The notes under the pieces: generated by a model
What the model was told of the DNA's origin: nothing
The model's database searches: none
What the model saw: only the letters and a program-made list of their open reading frames with translations
Translations under genes and position numbers: made by a program
Source: Candidatus Woesearchaeota archaeon
GTDB lineage: Archaea > Nanobdellota > Nanobdellia > Woesearchaeales > ARS49
DNA length: 64,000 nucleotides
Direction: 5' to 3'
Assembly: GCA_037445145.1 (NCBI GenBank)
Contig: JBBILB010000006.1
Span: 2,064 to 66,063, forward strand
Shown: piece after piece, positions 46,439-58,095 of the stretch
Layout of the letters: each line of letters begins with the position of its first letter
How positions within the stretch are numbered: the stretch's first letter is position 1

Positions 46439-46984
46439 ATGATAATCACAATCTCTGGGACTCCGGGGTCTGGGAAGAGCACGATTGCCAAGATGCTTGC
46501 AAAAAGGCTTGGCTTTAATCATTATTCTGCAGGAGACTTTATGCGCGCAATGGCGGTTGAGCGCGGAATCACGCTTGAGGAGCTGACAAGGATTGCGCTT
46601 TCTGACAGGAGCATTGATGACGTGATTGACAAGAGGACTGTTGAGCTCGCGAAAAAGGAGGACAACTTTGTGATTGACTCAAGGCTTGGCTGGAAGTTCA
46701 TCCCGAATGCGGTGAAGATTTTGCTTACGATAAAGCCGGAGGTTGCTGCGAAAAGGGTTTTTGCCCAGCGCAGGTCTGATGAAAAGGAAAACACCACGCT
46801 GGAAAAGACAAAGGAGAACATGCAGAACAGGCTCAGGGCGGAAATAAAGAGGTACCATGACCTGTACAAGGTTGACTACACTGACGCAAAGAACCATGAT
46901 TTTGTTGTTGACACGTCCTGCCTGACCCCTGAGCAGATTATTGACAGGATTATGGCGTTTTTGAGGAAGAAGGGAAAGCTTTAA
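46439..46984 (+). CDS. cmk: Cytidylate kinase (archaeal type)
   Basis: ITISGTPGSGKST, SAGDFMR, IDSRLG. Confidence 0.88.
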   Translation: MIITISGTPGSGKSTIAKMLAKRLGFNHYSAGDFMRAMAVERGITLEELTRIALSDRSIDDVIDKRTVELAKKEDNFVIDSRLGWKFIPNAVKILLTIKPEVAAKRVFAQRRSDEKENTTLEKTKENMQNRLRAEIKRYHDLYKVDYTDAKNHDFVVDTSCLTPEQIIDRIMAFLRKKGKL

Positions 46985-47010
46985 TAATAGCATTCCAGCG
47001 CTTTTCTCCC

Positions 47011-47754
47011 ATGCCGATCAAGCCAAATGATTTTGTGGAGCTGGAATATACGGGAAAGCTCAAGGACAGCGGTGTTGTCTTTGACACGACTGATGAGAAG
47101 GTTGCGAGGGAGCACGAGCTTCCCAAGGCGCAGTACGGTCCTGTTGTGGTTGTAATAGGCCAGGGGCAATTGCTGAAGGGTCTTGAGGAGCAGATTATCG
47201 GAAAGGATCCCGGCACTTACAGGATTGAGCTTTCTGCAGAGAAGGCTTTTGGGAAAAAGAATGCAAAGCTCATTCAGATGATTCCTGCAAGCAAGTTCAC
47301 GCAGCAGAAAATCCAGCCGGTTCCGGGACTGCAGTTGAACATTGACGGGATGCTTTGCACAGTGAGGCAGGTGACTGGCGGAAGGGTGATGGTTGACTTT
47401 AACCACCCATTGGCAGGCAGGGATGTTGTTTACGAAGTCAAGGTCAAGGGAATTGTTTCTGACAAGAAGGAGCAGCTCAAGGCGGTGCTTGCTATGCTCC
47501 TGAACATTGCTCCTGAAAAGCTCGGGCTTGAGGGCTCCAAGGCAAAAATCGTGCTCAAGCAGGAATCGCCAAAGGAAATTTTGCTAGAACTCCAGAAAAA
47601 GATCAAGGAGCTTACTGGGATTGACGCTGACATTGCAACAGCGCCGCCCGCTGAGAAAAAACAGGAGCAGAAGGCAAAGCATTCACGGGTGGAAGGGGGT
47701 GACCGGCCGACAAAGCCGGCGCTGCCGGCTGAAGAGAAAAAGGCAAAGCAGTGA
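47011..47754 (+). CDS. FKBP-type peptidyl-prolyl isomerase (long archaeal/SlyD-like)
   Basis: VFDTT, AFG, VDFNHPLAG. Confidence 0.92.
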   Translation: MPIKPNDFVELEYTGKLKDSGVVFDTTDEKVAREHELPKAQYGPVVVVIGQGQLLKGLEEQIIGKDPGTYRIELSAEKAFGKKNAKLIQMIPASKFTQQKIQPVPGLQLNIDGMLCTVRQVTGGRVMVDFNHPLAGRDVVYEVKVKGIVSDKKEQLKAVLAMLLNIAPEKLGLEGSKAKIVLKQESPKEILLELQKKIKELTGIDADIATAPPAEKKQEQKAKHSRVEGGDRPTKPALPAEEKKAKQ

Positions 47755-47758
47755 TTTC

Positions 47759-47980
47759 TTACTGATTCATTTGCTTTAGGACAATCTCAAGCAGTTTCCT
47801 GCTCGGCTTTGCCCTGTGGTTGCCAAAGTAATAATAGCTAACGATTGAGTCTTTCTGGAGATCAGGATAATACAATTGCATGCCTTCAAATGCTTCCTTG
47901 CTGTCATTGAATCCTGCAAACAGTAATTCCTTCCCTGAAGGCCAGTCAAATGTGCAGGTTGTGATATAGGGTATTGTCAC
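47759..47980 (-). CDS. Small hypothetical protein
   Basis: 73 aa ORF filling an intergenic gap. Confidence 0.4.
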   Translation of the reverse strand: MTIPYITTCTFDWPSGKELLFAGFNDSKEAFEGMQLYYPDLQKDSIVSYYYFGNHRAKPSRKLLEIVLKQMNQ

Positions 47981-48022
47981 AAGCTTACGTGGCTGCTTTT
48001 TTGCATTGTATTCGCTTGTTTC

Positions 48023-48325
48023 TTACACAGGCAGCTCTATGTTTGCAGGAATGCTTATGGTGTTTGGGCGGCATCTTATTGTGCCTGCCTTTTTCCGGGC
48101 GCCGTCGGGGAAGTTGTACGTCACGAACTCATTGCCGTCAAAGAGCACCTTGTGGAAAAGCAGCATTTTGTCAAGGTGGATGTTCCTGCGCAGGTGCTTT
48201 AGCTGCCTTGTAAGGAATTCCCTGATTTCCCAGCCTGCAAGGTTTTGTATTTCGTATTCCAGCCTCACGAATTCACCAAAAAAAAGCCGGCATAACATAA
48301 ATGCGGCGGAGTGTTTTAACTCCAT
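48023..48325 (-). CDS. Hypothetical protein
   Basis: 100 aa ORF divergent from ftsZ. Confidence 0.5.
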   Translation of the reverse strand: MELKHSAAFMLCRLFFGEFVRLEYEIQNLAGWEIREFLTRQLKHLRRNIHLDKMLLFHKVLFDGNEFVTYNFPDGARKKAGTIRCRPNTISIPANIELPV

Positions 48326-48386
48326 TACAATAAAGCTTATATATTATAATAAAGCAGGCAGTTTTTAGTGGTTGAGGTGAACATAC

Positions 48387-49508
48387 ATGGACTTTGCAAG
48401 ACCAAGTAGTTCTGCTGCATCGAACGACCCAAAGCTCACCCAGCGAAAGCCACAGGTTCAGTCTGCTGCTGATGCTGAGCTTGAGGAAATGCTGTCAAGA
48501 CAGCGCGCCACAATCAAGGTTGTGGGCTGCGGCGGAGGGGGCAATAACACCATCAACAGGATTACAGAAGTGGGAATTCAGGGCGCTGAAACAATAGGCA
48601 TTAACACAGACGCGCAGGACCTGCTTTACACGACTGCTGACAGGAAGATTCTCATCGGAAGGGAAACTACAAAAGGGCTTGGCGCCGGCTCTGACCCCAA
48701 GCTTGGTGAGGAGGCCGCAAGGGAAAATGAGCATGACATAAAGAATGCTTTGCAGGGTGCTGATATGGTTTTTATCACGTGCGGGCTTGGCGGCGGGACA
48801 GGGACTGGAAGCGCTCCGATTGTTGCTGACGTTGCGAAGAAGATGGGCGCGCTTACTGTCGGTGTTGTGACGATGCCTTTCACGATGGAGGGCAACAGGC
48901 GCTACGAGAATGCAGTCATTGGGCTTGAGAAGCTTGAGCAGTTGGTTGACACGCTCATAGTTATTCCGAATGACAAATTGCTTGAGCTTGCCCCTGATTT
49001 GCCTTTGCACACCGCGTTTAAGGTTGCTGATGAAATCCTGACAAATGCTGTCAAGGGAATTGCAGAGCTTGTCACAAGGGCAGGGCTTGTCAACCTTGAC
49101 TTTGCAGACATCCGCGCCGTGATGAGGAACGGCGGTGTTGCCCTGATTGGAGTTGGCGAGAGCGACAGCGAGAACAGGGCTACAGAGTCTGTTGAGAAGG
49201 CAATCTCAAACCCGTTGCTTGATGTTGACATTACAGGAGCCACTGGCGCATTGATAAACATTTCCGGCTCAAAGGATTTGACGCTTAATGAGGCGCGCAA
49301 GGTTGTTGAGACGGTGTCAAGCAGGCTGTCAGAGGATGCTAAAATCATCTGGGGAGCGCAGATTTATGAGGACTTGGGAAGCGTGCTCAAGTGCATGCTC
49401 ATCGTCACTGGCGTGAGGAGCCCGCAGATTTTTGGAAGGACAAAAACCCTTTTGAGCGAGGAAAAGAAGGAGATAGAGAACGAGCTTGGCATAGAGTTTG
49501 TGGACTGA
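48387..49508 (+). CDS. ftsZ: Cell division protein FtsZ
   Basis: [23 protein letters not shown]. Confidence 0.97.
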   Translation: MDFARPSSSAASNDPKLTQRKPQVQSAADAELEEMLSRQRATIKVVGCGGGGNNTINRITEVGIQGAETIGINTDAQDLLYTTADRKILIGRETTKGLGAGSDPKLGEEAARENEHDIKNALQGADMVFITCGLGGGTGTGSAPIVADVAKKMGALTVGVVTMPFTMEGNRRYENAVIGLEKLEQLVDTLIVIPNDKLLELAPDLPLHTAFKVADEILTNAVKGIAELVTRAGLVNLDFADIRAVMRNGGVALIGVGESDSENRATESVEKAISNPLLDVDITGATGALINISGSKDLTLNEARKVVETVSSRLSEDAKIIWGAQIYEDLGSVLKCMLIVTGVRSPQIFGRTKTLLSEEKKEIENELGIEFVD

Positions 49509-49761
49509 TTTATTTTATTATTTTTAGTTTGATAATATCACGGAGCTTTACAAGCCCGGAGGCAAAACGATTGTTGAAGGTATTCTCATTTATTCTGCGC
49601 TGCTGAATGAGGTGAGGAGCAAACGGGGCGTGGCGGAGGGCGGTGACGAGCCGAATTTGCAGCGAGTGTCTCTGTGCGAAGCACCCTTATCAGGAATATT
49701 TTGCTCCGGATGAAGTCTTTTCTCGAAACTTATATAAAGCGAATGCTGATTTTTCGGGTTT

Positions 49762-50109
49762 ATGGATGAGGAAAAGAAGCCTGAAGAGAGAGGAAGCGGG
49801 ATTCCAACACAGCCCTCTGAGCCCATAATGCCTTCAGAGGTTCCTGCTGAGGTTCAGAAGGAGCCTGAGCAGATCGCCCAGGCGACGCAGGTTTTTGTTC
49901 CAAAGAAGTCTGCTGCGGGAGCGGAGGCAAAGCCGTCAAGGTGGTTGAAGCTAAGGGAGTTTTTTGTTGAGTGCAAGAGGGTTCTCAGGGTGACAAAAAA
50001 GCCTGACGCTGTGGAGTTCAAGACCATAGTCAAGATTTCAGGCATAGGAATCGCGGCAATCGGGCTTATCGGCTTCCTTGTGCATTTCATTAAGGAGCTG
50101 ATGTTCTGA
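49762..50109 (+). CDS. secE: Protein translocase SecE/Sec61 gamma with N-terminal extension
   Basis: ECKRVLRVTKKP..EF followed by TM; ftsZ-secE-spt5-L11 synteny. Confidence 0.9.
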   Translation: MDEEKKPEERGSGIPTQPSEPIMPSEVPAEVQKEPEQIAQATQVFVPKKSAAGAEAKPSRWLKLREFFVECKRVLRVTKKPDAVEFKTIVKISGIGIAAIGLIGFLVHFIKELMF

Positions 50110-50235
50110 ATACAAACCCGGCGGCCGGGTTATGCCAGCAGGGGTTGCTTACCGCAACCTTTTTAAAGGGGTGGCCGGTATCCTTTTTATTATTCTTAGC
50201 AAAGAGAAATTCTGAGCTAGGGTAAAGAGAAAAAA

Positions 50236-50781
50236 ATGGCAGACGAAAAGGCAGTATCAACGCACATCTTTGCGCTTAGGACTACTGCTAACCGCGAGGA
50301 CCAGGTTATGGATTTTGTGGTGAGCAATGTGAAGAAGCGCAACCTTGAGGTTTTTGCAGTCATAAGGCCGCACGGCATGCGCGGCTATATTTTCCTTGAG
50401 GCGGCTGACAGGCAGAATGCAGAGCAGGCAGCATTCAACGTGCCGTACGCGCGCGGAATCCTGCCAAAGGAGATTGAGTACCAGGAAATAGAGCATATGC
50501 TGGAGCAGGTCAAGCGCGAGGTTGACATCAGGAAGAATGACATTGTTGAAATCATTTCAGGGCCGTTCAAGCGCGAGCAGGCAAAGATAACCAGGATTGA
50601 CAAGGCAAAGGAGGAGGTTGTTGTTGAACTGCTCGGCGCGGCAGTCCCCATCCCAATCACGGTCAGGATGGACGCTGTGAAGGTCATAAGGAGGGAGACA
50701 GCAGGCGGGGAGAAGGAAGAGGGGGCGGAAGAGGAGCCGGAGGCGCCAAGCGGGGGTCCTCTTGGTCCGCTTGGACCATAA
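50236..50781 (+). CDS. spt5: Transcription elongation factor Spt5
   Basis: NGN domain (RGYIFLE) and KOW domain (VEIISGPFK). Confidence 0.94.
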   Translation: MADEKAVSTHIFALRTTANREDQVMDFVVSNVKKRNLEVFAVIRPHGMRGYIFLEAADRQNAEQAAFNVPYARGILPKEIEYQEIEHMLEQVKREVDIRKNDIVEIISGPFKREQAKITRIDKAKEEVVVELLGAAVPIPITVRMDAVKVIRRETAGGEKEEGAEEEPEAPSGGPLGPLGP

Positions 50782-50815
50782 GGCTTAAAAGCAGTTCACA
50801 GGTTGCGTGAATAAT

Positions 50816-51601
50816 ATGGCAAAGCAGAGCATAGAACAGCTCGTTGAAGGCGGAAAGGCAACAGCAGCGCCGCCGCTCGGCCCTGCTCTTGGGCCTCTCG
50901 GAGTCAACATCGGGCAGGTAATTTCCGAGATTAACAAGAAGACAGCTGCCTTCAAAGGCGTGCAGGTTCCTGTAAAAATCATTGTTGAGACAACTGATAA
51001 GTCGTTCACGATTGAGGTCGGCACCCCTCCTGTTTCTGCTCTGATAAAGAAGGAGGCAGGAATTGAGAAAGGCTCTGGAGCGCCCAATGTTGACAAGGTT
51101 GCAGACCTGAAGATAGAGCAGATTATCAAGATTGCAAAGATGAAGGAAGAGGGTCTGCTCGGCAGGGATATGTTCTCAAAGGTCAAGGAAGTCATTGGCA
51201 CGTGCAACTCGATGGGCGTGCTCGTTGAGGGCAAGGAGCCAAGGGCAATAATTGCGGAAATTAACAAAGGGGCTTATGCTGCTGAAATCAAGGCAGAAAA
51301 GACAGAGCTTTCAGCAGAGGAGCTCAAGGAGATTGAGGCAGAGAAGGCGCGCCTGCAGGAGGAGATCACAAAGAGGCGCGCAGAGCTGGAAGCCCTTGCA
51401 AAGAAGATAATTGCGGAAATGACAGGCAAGCCGAGGGGGGAAATCAAGGCAAAGCTTGTCGAGGCAAAGATTCCGGCTTTGCTCATCGATGAATTGCTGC
51501 CAGTGGAAGGCGCGGCCGCAGCTGCGGGCGCGCAGGGCGCAAAGCCGGCACCGGGCGCAGCGCCAGCAGCCGCAGAGAAGAGGCCAGAGGCAAAGAAGTA
51601 G
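50816..51601 (+). CDS. rpl11: 50S ribosomal protein L11 with long C-terminal extension
   Basis: GGKATAAPPLGPALGP, VIGTCNSMG; about 100 extra residues. Confidence 0.92.
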   Translation: MAKQSIEQLVEGGKATAAPPLGPALGPLGVNIGQVISEINKKTAAFKGVQVPVKIIVETTDKSFTIEVGTPPVSALIKKEAGIEKGSGAPNVDKVADLKIEQIIKIAKMKEEGLLGRDMFSKVKEVIGTCNSMGVLVEGKEPRAIIAEINKGAYAAEIKAEKTELSAEELKEIEAEKARLQEEITKRRAELEALAKKIIAEMTGKPRGEIKAKLVEAKIPALLIDELLPVEGAAAAAGAQGAKPAPGAAPAAAEKRPEAKK

Positions 51602-51634
51602 ATTTAAATACCAGAACCTTTGTTCTTGGGAGGC

Positions 51635-52186
51635 ATGGCGAACTGGAAGCGCGTGCTTACGTGGATTATTGCAATAATTTTTCTGGTCGCGCTTGTTTAC
51701 GGCGGTTTTCAGGTGTTCAGCGAGAAGGTATTCCCTCCTGAACTGATGGTTGACGCGATGGAATTAAGGGCGACAAATGACACTGTTGCGCGCGCAGAAT
51801 TGATAACAAAAATGGACAAGTCGGTGAATCTGCTGGAAAGCGCAGGCATTAGCGCGCAGTGGGCTTCATTGTCTGCATGCGTTGCCGCGAACTCGTGCAA
51901 CCAGGATGATTATTTTGACTTTTTGCTGATGGTTGCTGTTGAGAGGCCAAAGGAAGTGCCCCGTGCGGACCTGATTGTCAATGCAATAACCGCGAACAGG
52001 TACTGGGGCAATTCAGAGAAAATAATAGAGTTCTCAAATGCATTGAGCGAGGCAAACAGGCAGGTTGAGGAGCTTAATTTGCGCACGATAAGGAACAAGT
52101 GGCAGGAAATAATCCAGTGCGACGGAAAGTGCGCGAACTTCCATGACTTGTTCTTTGAATTGATAAGGTTGCTTCTGGCAGTGTAA
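51635..52186 (+). CDS. Membrane-anchored hypothetical protein with duplicated W..(I/L)..C...C motif
   Basis: N-terminal TM; QWASLSACVAANSC and KWQEIIQCDGKC. Confidence 0.6.
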   Translation: MANWKRVLTWIIAIIFLVALVYGGFQVFSEKVFPPELMVDAMELRATNDTVARAELITKMDKSVNLLESAGISAQWASLSACVAANSCNQDDYFDFLLMVAVERPKEVPRADLIVNAITANRYWGNSEKIIEFSNALSEANRQVEELNLRTIRNKWQEIIQCDGKCANFHDLFFELIRLLLAV

Positions 52187-52214
52187 GGATTTTTAAACAC
52201 TGGCAGTTCTTACC

Positions 52215-53159
52215 ATGATGATGTTTGAGCTAAAGCCGATCCCGAATGTTCCTGAATTCAAGGAAAAGTTTGTTGAGAGGTATTCAAAGCTCACTAATTG
52301 GGATGAGTACAAAAAGTACACATTGAGTTTTCTTCGCAAGAGCATTAGGGTTAATACTTTGAAAAAGCCTGTCAGCGAGGTAACGAGGCGGCTTGAAAAG
52401 GACTGGCATTTGGAGCAGATTCCGTGGTGCAGCGAGGGGTTTTACATTGAGAGCAGGCACGGAAGGCTTGACGTGGGCAACACTGTTGAGCACTGCCTTG
52501 GGTATTATTACGTGCAGGAGGCTGCGTCAATGATTCCGCCCCGTGTTTTGGACCCAAAGCCGGGCGAGCGCGTGCTTGACATGGCGGCCGCCCCTGGCTC
52601 AAAGGCGTCTCAAATTGCCCAAATGATGAATAATGAGGGAATTCTTGTTGCAAATGATGTTGCTGGCGTCCGACTTGCTGCACTGGGGATTAACCTGCAG
52701 AGGTGCGGCGTGCTTAATGCAATAACAACCCAGATGAAAGGTGAGCAGATTAAGGGGATGGAGTTTGACAAAATTCTTCTTGATGCTCCTTGCTCTGGCA
52801 CTGGCACGATAAGGAAGAGTATCAAGACAATACTTATGTGGAATCCTGAAATGATAAAGCGGCTTGCTGCAACTCAGAGGAAGATGCTTATTGCGGCGTA
52901 CGGCCTGCTTGCCAAGGGCGGAACTCTTGTTTACTCAACATGTTCCACAGAGCCTGAGGAGAACGAGGCAGTAGTTAGTTATTTGCTTGACAATACTGAT
53001 GCAAGACTGATGCCTATTGAGCTGAATATCAGGCGCTCCTCTGCAATAACAGAATTTGAGGGCAAAAAATACCGAAAAGAAGTTAAAGACTGCCTGCGCA
53101 TATGGCCGCAGGACAATGACACAGAGGGTTTTTTTGTCGCTAAAATCGTGAAACCATGA
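52215..53159 (+). CDS. RsmB/NOP2-family RNA m5C methyltransferase
   Basis: QEAASM, DMAAAPGSK, DAPCSG, YSTCS. Confidence 0.93.
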   Translation: MMMFELKPIPNVPEFKEKFVERYSKLTNWDEYKKYTLSFLRKSIRVNTLKKPVSEVTRRLEKDWHLEQIPWCSEGFYIESRHGRLDVGNTVEHCLGYYYVQEAASMIPPRVLDPKPGERVLDMAAAPGSKASQIAQMMNNEGILVANDVAGVRLAALGINLQRCGVLNAITTQMKGEQIKGMEFDKILLDAPCSGTGTIRKSIKTILMWNPEMIKRLAATQRKMLIAAYGLLAKGGTLVYSTCSTEPEENEAVVSYLLDNTDARLMPIELNIRRSSAITEFEGKKYRKEVKDCLRIWPQDNDTEGFFVAKIVKP

Positions 53160-53347
53160 AAACGCTTTGCAAGCTGCTGGCATTGTACACGTTCCTTGTG
53201 GTATTCCTTGTTGTGCTTTTTGCGTCAGCGATTTATTACGCAAGCCCGACGAGGGCTGACATTTACAGCATGCTTCTTTCAATCGCGATGTTCTCGCTGA
53301 TTCCTTTTGGCATTCTCTTTTTGCTCTGGAAGCACCACAGGCACTAA
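53156..53347 (+). CDS. Small two-TM protein
   Basis: 63 aa, start overlaps the upstream stop. Confidence 0.5.
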   Translation: MKTLCKLLALYTFLVVFLVVLFASAIYYASPTRADIYSMLLSIAMFSLIPFGILFLLWKHHRH

Positions 53348-53390
53348 GCTTTATAACGGCCAGCGTATTTTGTTTTTGCAGTGATGCCTT

Positions 53391-53840
53391 ATGGGGCAGG
53401 CAATAGTTGTTCCAACTCGCAGAGCTGTTGTTGAATCAGTTTCCAAGACTATTGAAGAAGCGAGCAGGGAGTCTTTTGTATACGTACGGTCTGATTCAAA
53501 GGAGTATCTTGCGCGGACTATTGCGATGAGTTTTTGGGAGAGGGTTCCGCGGGATTTGGACAAGTATGTTTGCCGGCTTCTTCGCACCCTTCCGGAAGAC
53601 AGGCTTAAGAAATATGACGTTTTAAGGAGAGTTGGCGACATTATTGTCTGCTTCTACGAATTTCTGGGGCTGAACTCTTTTATTGCAAATACTGGAATTG
53701 CCCAGTGCTGTTATTATGATGCAGCGTGCATTGGAAAAAAGCTTGATGAGCGTGAGGCGCCTGTGCTTGAGTTAATTGCGGAGAATTTTGATGATTACTC
53801 AAATGTCCTTCGCGGAATGCGCGGAAAGCTTGTCGCTTAA
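53391..53840 (+). CDS. Hypothetical protein
   Basis: 149 aa ORF. Confidence 0.5.
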   Translation: MGQAIVVPTRRAVVESVSKTIEEASRESFVYVRSDSKEYLARTIAMSFWERVPRDLDKYVCRLLRTLPEDRLKKYDVLRRVGDIIVCFYEFLGLNSFIANTGIAQCCYYDAACIGKKLDEREAPVLELIAENFDDYSNVLRGMRGKLVA

Positions 53841-53860
53841 TTATTCTGGAGTGGTAATAA

Positions 53861-54889
<1,029 letters not shown>

Positions 54890-54925
54890 CAAGTATTAAA
54901 TAAGGGTTAAGTCTGAAAGGGGATT

Positions 54926-56095
54926 ATGATTCCAACTCTGAGGGACTTGCCTGTTCGTGCTGGCAAGAAGGTTCTTGTCCGCGCTGACCTTAATGTACCT
55001 TTGAAAGATGGCTGGATTTTGGATGATACGAGGATTAGGGAGTCTTTGCCAACAATACGGTATCTTCTGAAGAAAAAGGCAATTGTCCTTTTGCTGTCCC
55101 ATCTTGGAAGGCCTGATGGCGTTGATGAATCATTGCGAATGGACCTTGTTGCTGAGCGGCTTGAGAAGCTCCTGAAGCGCCATGTGCTGAAGCTTGATGA
55201 CTGTGTTGGCGCAGAGGTTGATGATGCCGTGAATGAAATGCATTCCGGCGATGTTGCCGTGCTTGAGAACGTGAGGTTCCATGCAGAGGAGGAGGCAAAT
55301 GATGATTCTTTTGCTCGCGCCCTGGCAGAGCCTGCTGACTTTTACGTTAATGATGCATTTGGGAGCTCTCACAGGGCGCATGCAAGCATTGTTGGAGTGC
55401 CAAAATACCTGCCTTCTTGTGCCGGGCTTTTGCTGGAAAAGGAAATTTCGATGCTTTCCGAGGCTTTGTTCCCGAGAAAGCCTTTTGTTTTGGTTCTTGG
55501 CGGCGCAAAAGTGGGTGACAAGATTGGGCTGATTGGGAATCTTGCGAAAAAAGCAGACAAAATCCTTGTTGGGGGAGCAATGATGTTCACTTTCCTGAGG
55601 TCTCTTGGCAAAAGTGTCGGGCAGAGCCGGCTGGAGAGGGACAAAATCAGCGAGGCAAAGCGGCTTTTTGGAAAGTTTGGCAAAAAAATCGTGCTTCCTG
55701 TTGATGTTGTTGTTGCCTTAAGGGCTGATTCAAGGGCAAAATCAAGGATTGTTTCCTGCGACGCAATGGCAAAGGGGATGACTGGTCTTGATATTGGTCC
55801 CAAGACGACAAGATTGTTTGAGAATGAGCTTAGTAAGGCAAGGACTGTTGTGTGGAACGGCCCGATGGGAATGTTTGAGCTTGCAAAGTTTGCCAGAGGC
55901 ACAAATGATATTGCCAGGTTTATTGCAAATCTGAGGGCGACCACCATTGTTGGCGGCGGTGATACTGTTGCTGCTGTCAAGAAGCTTGGGCTCGCAAAGA
56001 AGTTCTCACATGTTTCCACAGGTGGCGGGGCTTCTTTGGAATTTTTGGAAGGGAAAGAACTGCCCGGAATTGCCGCGCTGGAAAAACAGAAGTAA
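54926..56095 (+). CDS. pgk: Phosphoglycerate kinase
   Basis: RADLNVP, SHLGRP, NDAFG..HR, WNGPMG, STGGGASLEF. Confidence 0.96.
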   Translation: MIPTLRDLPVRAGKKVLVRADLNVPLKDGWILDDTRIRESLPTIRYLLKKKAIVLLLSHLGRPDGVDESLRMDLVAERLEKLLKRHVLKLDDCVGAEVDDAVNEMHSGDVAVLENVRFHAEEEANDDSFARALAEPADFYVNDAFGSSHRAHASIVGVPKYLPSCAGLLLEKEISMLSEALFPRKPFVLVLGGAKVGDKIGLIGNLAKKADKILVGGAMMFTFLRSLGKSVGQSRLERDKISEAKRLFGKFGKKIVLPVDVVVALRADSRAKSRIVSCDAMAKGMTGLDIGPKTTRLFENELSKARTVVWNGPMGMFELAKFARGTNDIARFIANLRATTIVGGGDTVAAVKKLGLAKKFSHVSTGGGASLEFLEGKELPGIAALEKQK

Positions 56096-56111
56096 CTTGA
56101 ATAAAACCAAT

Positions 56112-56282
56112 AACGGGCTTGTCGGCAATCCGCAGATTGCCGAGCATGTTGAGAAGCTCCACTTCCTCAACACAGTACAGTCGCGGTACCAATAATAATG
56201 GAAAATCTTCTTTTATTATTTTCTCCGAGCTCGTGCTGCTGAACGGAGTCCGCAGCACATGAGTGAGGAGTGTCTTGTTGCG
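56112..56282 (-). repeat. Structured repeat family 1, full copy
   Basis: Reverse complement of 38030-38193. Confidence 0.8.
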
Positions 56283-56337
56283 AGCGAAGCGAGCTAATTG
56301 GAATTAGTGCTGATTGGCGAAGTTGATTTGAAAGGCG

Positions 56338-57591
56338 TTAAAGAAGTATCGTGACGTCTTTTCCTGTGACTGTTTTTATGTTTGCCTCGAGCTTTGTTTT
56401 CATTTGTTCGAGATTGATTTTTTCAGCGTCTTTTTTGAGCCGGGCAAGGCGCTGTCCTGCGAGCTGTGCATTGCGCAGTGTTTCCTCGCGCAGCTTCTGC
56501 ACCCTGACCAGCGTTCTTGTTGCGTCGCAGTTTTCCACTGCTCTGTAGGCGTCTTTTTCCGCCTTTGCGAGCTGGCCGTATTCGCGGAGCCAGTTGCCAA
56601 GGTTTTGCTTGTCAAGGAATGCCATTGCGTCAAGGACGTATTCCTTTTTGTCGCCGAGCGGAAGCCTGTCGAACCTGAGCAGCCTTTTGATGTCCTCCAC
56701 CGCCTCAAGGATTTCGAGATGTAAATCCTCAGTGAGTGTTGCGACAGGGTCTCTAAGGTATTTTTCGACAAGCCTGACATTCCTTGTTGCCATCCTGTGG
56801 AATTTTCTCAGCGCAGGGTCAAAGTTTTTGAACACTTCCCTGATTTTTTGCTCGTGCGCCTTTACTTTTTCCCTTGCCTCGCTTGTTTTTTTGAGCGCTT
56901 CAAGCCTTGCAGGGTCTTTCAGGAGGCGCTCCTCTTCTGCATTGAGCATTTGCACTGATTTTTCAGCCTCATTGAGGTGCTTTTCAAGCTCTGCAATTTC
57001 CTGCATAAGCCCCGCAAGCTGTTTTTGGCGCGCAGCAATAATTCCTGCCTCGTTTTTCAATAAGTCATAATCCTTCGTGCTTGCCTGGGCGTGCGCCTGC
57101 CTGACTGTTTCTATTTCGCGCTCTATTTCAGCGAGCATTGCGGTGATTTCCTTTGTCTCATTGGCAAAGAATTCCTGCAGTATCTGGAAAGGCCTGAGTA
57201 TTCCTTTTGTGAATTCTGCTGCGTCTTTTGTGTGCTTGTCAAGGAACAAGGGGAGCTGGCTTGCATCATCTGGAATGATTGTTTCATTGAGGTATTGGGA
57301 AACCCTTCTTGTGTATTCCTCCCTGTTGCCTGTCATGTAGTCCTTTGCCCTGTCAGGAATGTTTGGGTTCAGGAGCTGGGCTGACTGCAGGGCACTGACT
57401 TTTTCTTTGATTTCAGCAGTTATCTGACTTATTCTGGTTTTTGACGATGAAATCTGCTGGGAAACTTTTGTTTTCAATGGCTCCTGCGTGCCTGCGAGCC
57501 AGCTTTCAAAGTCAGAGAGTTTTACTGCAACAGGGCCTTCCTTTACTGCTTGGGCACCATAACCAAACAGCGCCTTCAAAAATCTCAGCAT
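56338..57591 (-). CDS. Coiled-coil hypothetical protein
   Basis: 417 aa helical K/E/L-rich ORF. Confidence 0.65.
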   Translation of the reverse strand: MLRFLKALFGYGAQAVKEGPVAVKLSDFESWLAGTQEPLKTKVSQQISSSKTRISQITAEIKEKVSALQSAQLLNPNIPDRAKDYMTGNREEYTRRVSQYLNETIIPDDASQLPLFLDKHTKDAAEFTKGILRPFQILQEFFANETKEITAMLAEIEREIETVRQAHAQASTKDYDLLKNEAGIIAARQKQLAGLMQEIAELEKHLNEAEKSVQMLNAEEERLLKDPARLEALKKTSEAREKVKAHEQKIREVFKNFDPALRKFHRMATRNVRLVEKYLRDPVATLTEDLHLEILEAVEDIKRLLRFDRLPLGDKKEYVLDAMAFLDKQNLGNWLREYGQLAKAEKDAYRAVENCDATRTLVRVQKLREETLRNAQLAGQRLARLKKDAEKINLEQMKTKLEANIKTVTGKDVTILL

Positions 57592-57652
57592 ATTCTCGGT
57601 AAATTGCGAAAGGTTTTTATAGCTTCGCAGCAGGTAGGCATTCTGGGGTGGT

Positions 57653-57967
57653 TTGGTGAAAAAGAGGGTGTTTACGAGGAAGTCCCAGAAAGAGGGCGCT
57701 CTTCAGCAGGTTCGCGCGCTTTTTGACGCTGCAGCAATTATCTTCCCGAAAAATCCTGCTGAGGCAAACAGGTTAACAGCAAAGGCGCACAGGGAGGTAT
57801 TGCGCTCAAAGCTGAAGCTTCCTGCGGTGCTTAAGAGGAGGTACTGCAAGTCCTGCAAGGCTTTCTGGGTGCCGGGAAAGACAGTGCGTGTCAGGGTGGG
57901 AAAGGGAAGGGTTGTTTATTCGTGCCTGTCGTGCAGGAAAATACAGAGGATGCCGTTAAAATGTTAA
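57653..57967 (+). CDS. rnp4: RNase P protein Rpp21
   Basis: KRRYCKSC...PGKTVRVR...CLSC...RMP. Confidence 0.85.
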   Translation: MVKKRVFTRKSQKEGALQQVRALFDAAAIIFPKNPAEANRLTAKAHREVLRSKLKLPAVLKRRYCKSCKAFWVPGKTVRVRVGKGRVVYSCLSCRKIQRMPLKC

Positions 57968-58014
57968 CCTATTTAACAAAAGAGGAGATAATGTTAACCT
58001 ATTTAACAAAAGAG
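57960..58014. repeat. Two 25-bp direct repeats, period 30 bp
   Basis: AATGTTAACCTATTTAACAAAAGAG at 57960 and 57990. Confidence 0.85.
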
Positions 58015-58095
58015 TCAAGTTATATAGGTTAAAATCAAAAGCTTTATATACCTTTAGTGTTAAACTGACTAACAGAAGCTTGGGGGGACAATTAA

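Noticed and set aside
49540-49730. SRP or RNase P RNA between ftsZ and secE
   Set aside because: Hairpins are present (GGAGCAAA/TTTGCTCC, GTGCGAAGCAC), but the SRP helix-8 and RNase P GAGGAAAGTCC signatures are absent; left uncalled.
57960-58014. Possible mini CRISPR array
   Set aside because: Only two repeats with a 5-bp spacer and no recognisable cas operon.
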